Below, piece by piece: positions 7,517-17,519 of a DNA stretch of 64,000 nucleotides (its first letter is position 1; every line of letters begins with the position of its first letter). Below the pieces are notes generated by a model. It was given only the letters and a program-made list of their open reading frames with translations, was not told where the DNA came from and did not search any database. Origin of the DNA: a virus; IMG/VR virus record IMGVR_UViG_3300045988_113959, positions 1 to 64,000 of that record; one strand, written 5' to 3'. The translations under genes were made by a program, and so were the position numbers.

Positions 7517-8500
7517 TAGAGATTCAATAACTAATAATTGATATGACAAATAAAATATATAAAGAAACGGACGAACAGTTTATTTCTTTAATAAAAGAAA
7601 GCTGCAATATCTCAGAAGTTTTATTTAAATTGGGATATAGTATAACAGGAAATTCTTGGGGTTTTTCACAAGTACGTAGACGAATGGATGAATTACATTT
7701 ATCGCCGTCAGACTTTAAAGGGAAATCTATTTTTAAAGAAAAAGCAAGCGTCTATAAAATAGACCCCAAAAAACTATTAAAAGAAAACTCAAAGCATCAA
7801 AGAACTGTATTACGTAGATACATATTGAATAATAATTTAATTCCATATAGGTGCGCAATATGCGGAATTGTTGAGTGGAATAATAAAACACTTAGCTTAG
7901 AGTTAGACCATATTAATGGTATAAATAACGATAATAGATTAGAAAACCTAAGATTTCTTTGTCCAAATTGTCATAGTCAAACCACTACATACGGAAGTAG
8001 AAACCAACAACGCAATGAATCAAAATATACAATTACAGATGATTTACGAACACTTGTAGAATCTACTTACGATACTTGTAAAAGCGTTAAAAGAACATCT
8101 GCTTTATTAGGAATACGTAGATGTGTTGTTACGCAAATAGTAAATGAGTCTGGTCAAAAACACTCAAATCAAAAGTATGTTATACGTTATGATGCCAATC
8201 ATAATGAAATAAAACGATATGGCAGCTTGGTAGAAACTGCAAAAGATTTAATTGCGAACGACGAGGTTACTACAAAACGTATAAAAACATGTACACGTAC
8301 TATAATGCGAAACAAAGATAACTTTTGGCTAAATAGTTATTGGGTTATATTGGATGGTTGTGGGATAATAAATAATCCACAATTAGAATCTTCTCTAAAT
8401 ATCTCGGAAAACAATGTTGACGAGGCGCAAGCTAAATGCAGCGTGACAGACTGAACGAGAAGACTGACCTTTGGGTTGGATGCAACAGTCGGTTTAACAA
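7517..8500 (+). mobile_element. putative group I-type intron in the tRNA anticodon loop (boundaries +/- 2 nt)
   Basis: Sequence between the two tRNA halves. It carries an HNH ORF. The 3' end (about 8420-8500) is GC-richer with agactga repeats and a gactg/cagtc helix (8462-8466 / 8486-8490). The ribozyme core was not folded. Confidence 0.45.
7543..8454 (+). CDS. HNH homing endonuclease (inside the tRNA insertion)
   Basis: CAICG...LELDHINGINNDNRLENLRFLCPNCH is a classic HNH/zinc-finger motif. 303 codons, no in-frame TAG, TGA stop. Confidence 0.85.
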   Translation: MTNKIYKETDEQFISLIKESCNISEVLFKLGYSITGNSWGFSQVRRRMDELHLSPSDFKGKSIFKEKASVYKIDPKKLLKENSKHQRTVLRRYILNNNLIPYRCAICGIVEWNNKTLSLELDHINGINNDNRLENLRFLCPNCHSQTTTYGSRNQQRNESKYTITDDLRTLVESTYDTCKSVKRTSALLGIRRCVVTQIVNESGQKHSNQKYVIRYDANHNEIKRYGSLVETAKDLIANDEVTTKRIKTCTRTIMRNKDNFWLNSYWVILDGCGIINNPQLESSLNISENNVDEAQAKCSVTD

Positions 8501-8565
8501 GCCCTCTTGGTCTGGGTTCGAATCCTAGTGGGGTAACAAAACAAATATAAATTAAAATAATACGA

Positions 8566-9114
8566 ATGGAACTGAAAATTAAAAGATTGAATAATAAGGC
8601 TATAATGCCTATACGCGCACATAAAGGTGACGCAGGACTTGATTTAACAGCTACAGATATAACACTTGAACAAAATGAATGTGGTCAAACTGTAGTTGTA
8701 TACCATTGCGGTCTAGCTGTAGAAATACCAGAAGGCTATGTTGGTTTGATATTCCCTCGTTCTTCAATTGCTAAGAAATCTATGTTTATGACTAATGCTG
8801 TAGGTGTTATTGACTCTGGTTATAGAGGTGAGATTACAGCAAAGATGCATGTTACAACTGATGCAAGACCAGCTATGTATATGATTGGTGAAAGATTTGC
8901 ACAGCTTATTATTATGCCTTTGATTGATGTAGATATTACAGAGGTTTCTGAACTTAGTGAAACAGAACGTGGAGAAGGTGGTTATGGTTCCAGCGATACG
9001 AAATTGAGCGCACCTGATGCTTCAGAAGTTAGTGTACAAGACGTTGATACTAAAACCAATGAAGATACGACGGTAGCGGCGGACTCAACTGAGGAGTCTG
9101 AGGTAGCCGAGTAA
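8566..9114 (+). CDS. dut: dUTP diphosphatase with acidic C-terminal extension
   Basis: dUTPase motifs GDAGLDL, PRSS, IDSGYRGEI and ERGEGGYGSS. No in-frame TAG, TAA stop. Confidence 0.9.
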   Translation: MELKIKRLNNKAIMPIRAHKGDAGLDLTATDITLEQNECGQTVVVYHCGLAVEIPEGYVGLIFPRSSIAKKSMFMTNAVGVIDSGYRGEITAKMHVTTDARPAMYMIGERFAQLIIMPLIDVDITEVSELSETERGEGGYGSSDTKLSAPDASEVSVQDVDTKTNEDTTVAADSTEESEVAE

Positions 9115-9174
9115 CGCGTGACAACGCTACGGGAAGCGGCGTTATAATTATAGAAGAGCAATGCTTCCATGTTA

Positions 9175-9204
9175 AGGGGATTACAATAAAGTTGTAATTC
9201 CCTT
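9175..9204 (+). terminator. hairpin downstream of dut
   Basis: aggggattacaa-taaag-ttgtaattccct forms a 12-bp stem (one G-U pair), followed by T-rich sequence. Confidence 0.5.
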
Positions 9205-9260
9205 TAACTGTTTAGTAATAAACCTGGGTATGTGTAGTATTTATGATGCTACACATTTCC

Positions 9261-9268
9261 TATGTTTG
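9261..9268 (+). promoter_or_regulatory. Bacteroidota-type -7 promoter box candidate (TAnnTTTG)
   Basis: tatgtttg matches TAnnTTTG exactly and lies 25 nt upstream of the ATG at 9293. No clean -33 TTTG was seen. Confidence 0.3.
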
Positions 9269-9292
9269 TATAATTATATAAAATTATAGCAC

Positions 9293-9763
9293 ATGAAAAA
9301 ATCTAAACTTTTTGGTTCCAGGTTAGTTGAAAATGTATTTCTTCCAAAAACACCAAAGGTTATAATGCTTGCGAATTATGATAACATAAACCAACACTTT
9401 GAAGAAGGTGATATACTTGATGCTAATTCTGTCAAAAGAATGTTGCTTAATAATAAACCAGAATATCAAACTTCTAATGATGTTTATGATTGTTCTCCAA
9501 GAGGGGAAAGATTTGATTTAACACAAGCTATAGAGATATTATACCAAGATGACAAGCGTGATAATTTTAATTTTATTACATTTATAGACTCTGCTACAGG
9601 ATTAAGAGTTGTATATTAGAATTTACACGCTGGTAAAAATACATCTGTATAGAATTGGAAATAGCTTTTAACTGAAGACGATGCGGTTAGTTTAATCGAA
9701 TCAGAAATAAAATTATATATATCTCGAATAACAGAAGTTGAAATTGATAACGAAATAAGATAA
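9293..9763 (+). CDS. hypothetical protein (156 aa, 3 in-frame TAG)
   Basis: Track ORF 9293..9619 continues in the same frame through TAGs at 9617, 9650 and 9662 to TAA 9761-9763. Confidence 0.6.
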
Positions 9764-9772
9764 TGTATAATT

Positions 9773-10195
9773 ATGGTTTAGAAAATATTAGATTTTGATG
9801 GTTTTAAATACTTTGTTAAAGCTATCAAAAAGCACTTATCGCCAAAGCAAAGAATTATTAAAAATAGAAATTATATTGACAACATTACAAATAATGAACT
9901 TGTAATACTTGACAATTCGTAGTTTTCATATACATCTGGTCAAACTTGGTGGGTTAATCCAAAACATAGTATTGTAATAGATAACGACGCTATGAAGAAG
10001 TTTGAGTTTATTGTAATAACTGGGAATAACACTGTTACCGTTTCGTTTGCTGATTATATTTCAGCTAAAGGTAATCCAGGTGTACTTCAAGCAAACTCTA
10101 CATATTTATTTAATGTTTATGGGAGTGAAACACAAGTTCAAGGTGGTCAAACTTATGGTAAAATCATATATATGAATGTGTCAAAAATATCTTAA
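9773..10195 (+). CDS. hypothetical protein with tail-fibre-like N-terminus (140 aa, 2 TAG)
   Basis: ATG 9773 is in frame with track ORF 9992..10195. The N-terminal LDFDGFKYFVKAIKKH parallels the next gene's LDLEGLKHYNGKLK. Confidence 0.55.
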
Positions 10196-10207
10196 TTTTA
10201 TAACTAT

Positions 10208-11431
10208 ATGGAATAGAAGAAATACTTAGACCTTGAAGGTCTTAAACATTATAATGGAAAATTAAAAGATGGTACTATTGTTGTTGGTAAAGCCGCAGCT
10301 GCAAATACAGTTCCATCAACTGGTATTCAATGGGGTACAGATGCAGTCCCATTGGCTAACATACCAAAAGCAGCTTTAGAGAGCTGTTATGTCGTTGCAA
10401 ATGACACTGCTAGATTTGCATTAACAACTACACAAGTACAAAACGGTGATACTGTAAAAGTATCAGATACAAATAAAATGTACTTTGTTAAAGACGATAC
10501 TAAATTAAATAATGAGAATGGTTACGAACCATATACATCTGGCACATCAGTAAATATTCAAAATGTTGACTGGGCTAATGTAACAAATAAGCCAGCTAAG
10601 TTTACTCCAGAAGACCATGGTTCAAATGCAGTTACATCATTAGCAGGTTATACTCCAATGTCTAGTGCTACTGGAGAATATAATAAAATAACTCCTGAAA
10701 AATCTCTGAATGAAGCATTGTTGATGCTTCAACAAAACACAGATAGGATGTTTAAGACTATAAACATTAAAGACTTAGATAATCCAATATCATCAACATC
10801 AGAAAGATTTAGACAACTTGCAAGTGATAACTATGTAATACAATATACGCTTGTTTGTGATGTTAGTGATAAGAAAATGCCATGTGGTGTATTGTATGAG
10901 TTTAGCGATGTTGGTAAAACTAATATTACACAAGTAGCAATAACATCATTACTGCCAAACAACACACAGTCGTCATTTTCAATGCATACGCCTCCAATGA
11001 TGTGGTCTAGAAGATTTAAAGTTAGAAATTATCCAGCAGAACAATTAAATAAATGGAGTATATGGGAGCCATGCGTTGGTGAAGATACCATGAATTTTAT
11101 CAAAAATAAAATAATGATAAAATTTAATGGTTTTGTAAACAATGCTAGCATACAATCATTATCTACATTTAGTACTGATGGTTCTGTAGTGTTTGATGAA
11201 GGTATAAATAAACTATTATATAAAGTTGGTTTTAATTATTATGATGTATGGTCAACATCATATTTATACGGAGAAAGTAATACTGGTCAAACCACTCCAT
11301 TCCAAGATGTACTTTATTGTGATATGAAGAATGGTGGGATATATATATGGGATGGAACTAATTTCAAGCCAATGTTTAATAAGACTGTAGCAATAACTAC
11401 AACTGAGATAGATAATGCAATAAACGGATAA
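10208..11431 (+). CDS. tail fibre protein (407 aa, 1 TAG)
   Basis: ATG 10208 (ME-Q-KKYLDLEGLKHYNGKLKDG...) is in frame with track ORF 10352..11431. Its position at the start of the virion module supports the call. TAA stop. Confidence 0.6.
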
Positions 11432-11435
11432 TATT

Positions 11436-13829
11436 ATGAATAAAGCAAAATTAGTTAATTCCGTACTTACTGGTGGCGGAATAGGAAGCCCTCAGCATCT
11501 CAATGTTGTAATAGGTAATGAAGATAAAGGCTTTCCAAGAGGACATGTATTAGATGCTAATGCTACACTAGCTTTAGCTGGTACTGGTAGAACTACTCCT
11601 AATGATAGTTTTTATGAAGATTTAAAAAAACGCATTAGTACAAGTTATGATTCATTTAGTGTGTCTGAAGTGTTTAATATAAAACCAAAACCTGGTTCTA
11701 ATTATACAAGTATTAATATTTCAAATTATAAAGATGATATTAATAAATTTTCTTACACTAATAGCTTTGGAGGGATTTAGTCTGGATTCTTAAATAGATA
11801 CACTGGTTACGATAGTGTTCTTTTAGGGTCTGGAATATTTACAGATTCAATAGCGGATACTATCGCAGGTAGTAACGGTATAGTTCTAAATGTTGAAAAA
11901 GTACCAAATAATAACAAGTTGTGTTTACGTATTAGTAAAAATAGCTTTGTTTTTAAAGCTTTAAAAGCAGGATTATTGATGATAACTGATTAGTTTGCAG
12001 TTGTTAGAGATAATGATGGTACTATAAAATATACTAAAGTTGGTGGTGGTTATCAAACTATTAGAAATACTGGAGATTATACAATATTAAATGATAACGT
12101 AATATAGTTTAATAATCCATATCTTAATAAATTAAAAGACTGTGATAATGTTTTCGCGTATTCAATATATACTAAAAACTCTAAAAATTCAATACTTTTT
12201 GGTAGGTATATAGCTAGTAATTCTGAAAACTCTATAGCTGTTGGAACTGGTTTAAGCGATAATCTTACACATAGTGGTAAAAGTTTGAACTGTGTATCAT
12301 TATTTGGTAGTTTAAACAGTGTTAAAAACGACGGAGAATTTGCATGTGGTTTTGGTAATTTTTCAAATCTTGTAGAAAATGGAAATATTAGATACTGTAC
12401 ATTATTTTCTATAGGGTCTTACATAAATATGCAAAATTCAAATGCGTTAGAAGTTCTTATAAAAAGAGAAGGTTAGACTGTTACTGATAATAATATGTAT
12501 GTATACGGCATCGGTAATTACGACGGCACTAACGCTACTTCTACTCAATCTAAATCATTACAACAAGTTATTTCTGATATAGAAACAGCAGTTTAGTTGA
12601 ATAGCAATGGTCCTTGGGATATAGATATAACATCAGAGTTTGTTAATGGTAATGTTACTATTAAGCCGTTATCAATGTGGTCTATAAGCCAAGGTGTAAA
12701 ACGTGTTTATTTTACAGCAAATTTAAAACAAGGCGATGTAATTACAATTCCTAATACTCTTAGAATGTACATTGGCTGGAAAAAAGCTGAGAATAGATTT
12801 GGTATGGCAGATTGGGCTACCGCTGGTAAGAAATATACAGTTACAGAAGATAGTTATTATGTAATATTAATAGCTACTGAAAATGATAATCCTGGAGTCC
12901 AAACTAATACACTACCATCTTATGGAAGGGTGATGTTAAGAACATCTAATCCAGAGTTTAAACCTACAGCTAAGACCGATGCTAAGAAAGACCATACTAA
13001 CGATGATAAGGTTATGCGTAGTATAGCTCATCAAGGTTTTCATAAAATGGAGAGACCTAATTCATTAGCTGCATTTAGAGCTGCTGCAAAAGAAGGTTGG
13101 AGGTATGTAGAAACTGATACATATATGACAAAAGATGGTAAGTTTATAGTAAGTCATGATGATAATGTTCCAGTTGGCTATACAAATGGTACAGTAACAC
13201 TTACCGATAAGACTTACAAATATGGAGACCATACATTAGCTGACATACTTGCATTTCACGGACCAAATGGAGAGAAAGTTGATACTCTCGAAGAGTTCTG
13301 TAAAACATGTAAAGAATGTGGTCTGCATCCATATATTGAAATAAAGCAAGGTATGATGTGGGAGGCTAATACAATTGATACTACAAATGGAAGATATAAT
13401 GGTAAACCATATGCTATAAAACTTCTTGATATTGTAAATAGATACGGTTTAAGAGGTAATGCTACATTTATTTCTTCAACTCCATATACATTAAGACTTA
13501 TGGCTCAGTAGGATTAGAGTTACAGATATGGTATTGTGTACTTTGGTTAGATTGGAGTAACAATCCAAGATTGGACTACAGTATTAAGTAAGATAGAAGA
13601 ATTTAATAATGACGCAAATGCATCTAAAGCTTATTTATTTATAGATGTAAATATTGATAATCTTAAAACTGCGGATGCTAACTTTGCAAATTGGTTAGTT
13701 TTAAGAAACTGTGCACTTGAAGTATGGACAGCTAAAACTAAAGAAGATGTTGGTAACTTAGACCCATACATAACTGGCGTTACATGTGATAATATACATG
13801 CAGGTGAAATATTAGCTAATGATATTTAA
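11436..13829 (+). CDS. tail fibre/spike with C-terminal glycerophosphodiester phosphodiesterase (GDPD) domain (797 aa, 8 TAG)
   Basis: Frame 0 is open from 11436 to TAA 13827-13829, joining track ORFs 11436, 12285 and 12597. GDPD pattern: IAHQG...PNSLAAFRAAAKEGWRYVETDTYMTKDGKFIVSHDD ... EVWTAKT. Confidence 0.75.
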
Positions 13830-13831
13830 TA

Positions 13832-14350
13832 ATGTTTGATATACAAGGTGGAAAAATAAAACTTAGCACACAAGATTTAGCTATACCTCCATTTAAACAA
13901 CATTATAATAGTGCGGAGGATAAATCTTAGGCGCTAAAGGAAATTGAATACATTGTATGGCTTTATAAATGGAATAGCCCGTATGAAGCGTACCCAGAGA
14001 AAGATAGACCATCTATAATTGGTAAAGATGTATTCAATGATGAAAAATATAAACCGACAGCAGAGATGAAGATATTAGCAAAAAGGTTCTAGGAGTTTCA
14101 ACAGACTCCTAGCACCAGATTGCTACAATCATCACAATCAGCTGCGGAAGGATTGATTGAAACTCTGAATTAGTATTCAGAAGGTAATATGGATATAGAT
14201 ACAGCCTTAAAGATAACACGAATCCTTAAAGATGTTAGTGGAGTTGTTAAATCTCTAGATGTAGCAATGAAGCAAGCTAAAGCTGAACAGCTTGAGTCTG
14301 GAAAGATTAAAGGTGGTGGTGTTATAGGCATGTATGAAATTGCTAAATAA
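13832..14350 (+). CDS. hypothetical 172-aa protein upstream of terL (possible small terminase; 3 TAG; absent from the ORF track)
   Basis: ATG lies 2 nt after the preceding TAA, and its TAA lies 2 nt before the terL ATG. The frame is open apart from TAGs at 13928, 14090 and 14170. Confidence 0.55.
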
Positions 14351-14352
14351 TT

Positions 14353-17300
14353 ATGGTTGACTTTAATAAGAATATACTCAATAGTGATAAATTTAGACAA
14401 GCTGCTATATTCTTTCAAGAACATGGATGTTACACATTAGCACCAAAAGGTACAACTGATTATGCTAAGTATTGGGACGAAGAAACTAACAGATGTTTAT
14501 ATGGGTATACAGCACCAGATGGTGATTCTATAAGTGGGTATAATTACTTCTACTTGAATTACAGTCCAATTATGAAGTTATAGGAAGTTGAGTATACAGA
14601 TAGATTTGGAGATAAGAGAACAAGACGTGAGCGTATATTTGGTTTCCCTAGATTCTGGGACTATGATTACTATTACTTCAATGCTGTTGATGAAGCTGAG
14701 AGTGCTGGTAAACACATGGTTAACCTAAAGTGTCGTCAAAGAGGATATTCATTTAAAGGTGCGTCAATGTTAGTTAGGAACTATGAGTTGATACCAGGTT
14801 CAAAGAACTTCGCTGTAGCTTCAGAACAGAAGTTCTTAATTGGAGATGGTATTCTTACTAAAGCATGGCAGATAATGGACTTTGTTGATAAACATACAGC
14901 ATGGTCTAAGCAGAGATTAACTAGCACTCGTATGGAAAGAGTGTCTGGTTTTAAGATAACTGATGAGTTCGGTAAACAAACAGAGCAGGGTTATCTTTCA
15001 AGCGTAACTGGAATAACTCTTAAGAACGACCCTGAAAGACTTCGTGGTACTCGTGGTAAGTTAGTATTATTTGAAGAAGGTGGTAAATTCCCAAACTTAG
15101 AAACAGCATGGCGAGTTGAACAACCAGCTGTAGAAACAGACGACGGTGTAGCATTCGGTTTAATGATAGCGTTTGGTACAGGAGGTACCGAAGGTGGTGC
15201 ATTTGATGGTCTTAAGAATTTATTCTATCACCCAGAAGCTTTTAACTGTTTATCATTTCCTAATATATGGGATGATGGTCAAGGCGATACAAAATGCGGA
15301 TTCTTTGTACCAGCTTGGTCTAATATGGAATCTACTGACGAAAATGGACAGTAGAGGTTTATGGATAAAGACGGTAATAGTCTTAAAGAGAAAGCTGTAG
15401 AAGAACTTATAGCTCAACGTAACAAGGTTAAAGACGGAGGAGCCTCACAAACATCTATAGATAGATTCGTATCAGAGCGTCCGTTAAAGCCACAAGAAGC
15501 TGTGTTAGAGCTTGGTAAAAATATCTTCCCTAGGTAGTTGTTAATGAACCAATTAACACGCATTAGAACTAATGAGAAGCTACGAAATATGAAACACATC
15601 GTTGATTTATTTTGGGATGGTAATGGTGGTGTTAGAGCTGAAGAAAAGAAATCTGGAGATATAACAACATATCATTTAAAGAAAGATGATAAACCACATG
15701 GGTCAATTGTAATATGGGAGTATCCTGTAAAAGACCCGCCGTATGGATTATACATAGGGGGATGTTTAACACCTGGAGAAAAGGTATGTACACAAAGAGG
15801 ATTGGTAAACGTAGAAGATGTTACGCTCGATGATAAGCTTATAAATAAAGATGGTTAGTTTGTTGATATACGTAACCTACAGCGTTACGATAAAGAAGAC
15901 GAAGACATATATACTATAAGAACAGCTAATTCGTATAGAACTACAACATTTACTAGAGAACACCCAATATTATGTTCGCCAACATTATATGGAAAATATG
16001 ATTTTATAAAAGCAAAAGATATTCAAACTGGGTATTATTGTAAATTCCCAAATGTATATTATAATACAAATGAAGAATGTAAAGATGCTCCAATGAACTC
16101 TGATTTGTTTTGGTGGTTTGTTGGACTATGGCTTGGAGACGGTTGGTGTGATAGTAAGAAGCATTCAGTATCTATCTCATTCGATGTAAAGCAAAAGTTT
16201 TATTTTGATAAATGTTATAATTTTATACAAAACGAATTAGGTATAGTTCCGTATTATAGAATAAGGAGAAGCACTATAGAGTTAAACTTTACATCCAAAA
16301 AGGTATAGCAATGGCTAAATGGTACATTTGGTAATAGTTGTTATAATAAATCAATACCAGATAGAATTAAAAGGATTAATGATAGATATAAGCTAAATAT
16401 AATAGCTGGCTATCTTGCTTCTGACGGATGTGTCTATAATAGAAATAATACATCAACTGTTGAATTTGTAAGTGTGAGTTTAAACCTGTTGGAAGATATT
16501 CAAGACTTATTATTCGCACTTAAAATAATAAGTGGAATATCAAAACTAAGAGATTGTAGATAGTCTACAATACGCGGAAGAGTTATAAATTAGAGAGAGG
16601 CGTATCATGCAAGAATAGCACAATCTGGCTCTATTCTTTTAAAACGTTTATTTGATAAGTATTGTATAGAAGATGCTGTTAAAGCTAATAAAATTATAGA
16701 TAGGTAGTTGTCAAACCATTCAAATAAACAAATAGTTTTTGATGATGAGTTTAAACATATAATATGTAAAATAAAACAGCTAACTGTTGGTAAATATACT
16801 GGAACTGTTTACAACTTTGAGTGTGATACTCATACATTCATGTGTAGGAATATAATGACTCACAACTGTGACCCGTATGACCACGATGAATCATTCACAA
16901 ACTCTTTAGGTTCAACGTTTATATACAAACGTGTTAAAGCTGGAGAGGCTTGGAACGATGTTATTGTGGCAGAATATTCTGGTAGACCAGACTCAGCTGA
17001 AGAGTATTATGAAAACGTTAGAAAGTTATTGATGTTCTATAACGCAAGACTACTATTTGAGAATGAGCGCAAAGGTATATATCCATACTTTACAAACAAA
17101 CACTGCGATTATCTTTTAGCAGATTAGCCTGATAAGGTTATATCCGAAGTATTTAAAGATTCAAAAGTACAAAGAAGAAAAGGATGTCATATGACTAAAT
17201 CTATACGAGCGTATGGAGAAGGTCTTATACTAGAATGGCTGATGGATGAATTTGAGCCAGGGCGTCCTAATTTAGAAAGAATATACAGCGAACCTTTATT

Positions 17301-17514
17301 AGAAGAACTAATAGAAAACGACGGTAAAAAGAACGTCGATAGAGTCATTGCTTTATGTATGGTAATGATGTATAGAGAAGAATTATATTAGGTAAAGGTG
17401 GCTGAAAGTAAAGAAAAAAACAAATAGGTTGAACTCTTTGAAATGCCATTGTTTAGCCAGTAGTGGTGGGACAGTGACGATAAACAAGACGATATACCTG
17501 TATTTACATTATAA
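14353..17514 (+). CDS. terL: terminase large subunit precursor containing an intein (1053 codons; 685 after splicing; 12 TAG)
   Basis: One frame joins track ORFs 14353, 14716, 15538, 16093, 16708 and 17191. It has an FPRFWDYDYYYF N-terminal region, a KCRQRGYSFKGAS Walker-A-like motif, an LVLFEEGG Walker-B-like motif and an IGG|CDPYD nuclease motif restored after intein removal. Ends in TAA TAA. Confidence 0.85.
15763..16866 (+). mobile_element. intein with LAGLIDADG homing endonuclease (368 aa)
   Basis: Begins CLTPGEKV (Cys1) and has block B TREHPIL. The two LAGLIDADG motifs are FVGLWLGDGWC and IIAGYLASDGCV. It ends VYNFECDTHTFMCRNIMTHN followed by +1 Cys (16867). Five in-frame TAGs lie inside. 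Confidence 0.85.
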
Positions 17515-17519
17515 TAACA

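Larger units (their letters stand above)
7483..8536 (+). tRNA. split tRNA gene (Gln-like body; anticodon CUN, CUA under one splice model) interrupted by an insertion of about 1 kb
   Basis: The 5' half (7483-7516) is acceptor tgcccta, D arm gtgt-aatggta-gcac, anticodon stem agaga and loop ttct. The 3' half (about 8500-8536) is gc-cctct, tggt, T arm ctggg-ttcgaat-cctag, acceptor tggggta and discriminator a. The acceptor halves pair 7/7 (two G-U pairs). Confidence 0.6.
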
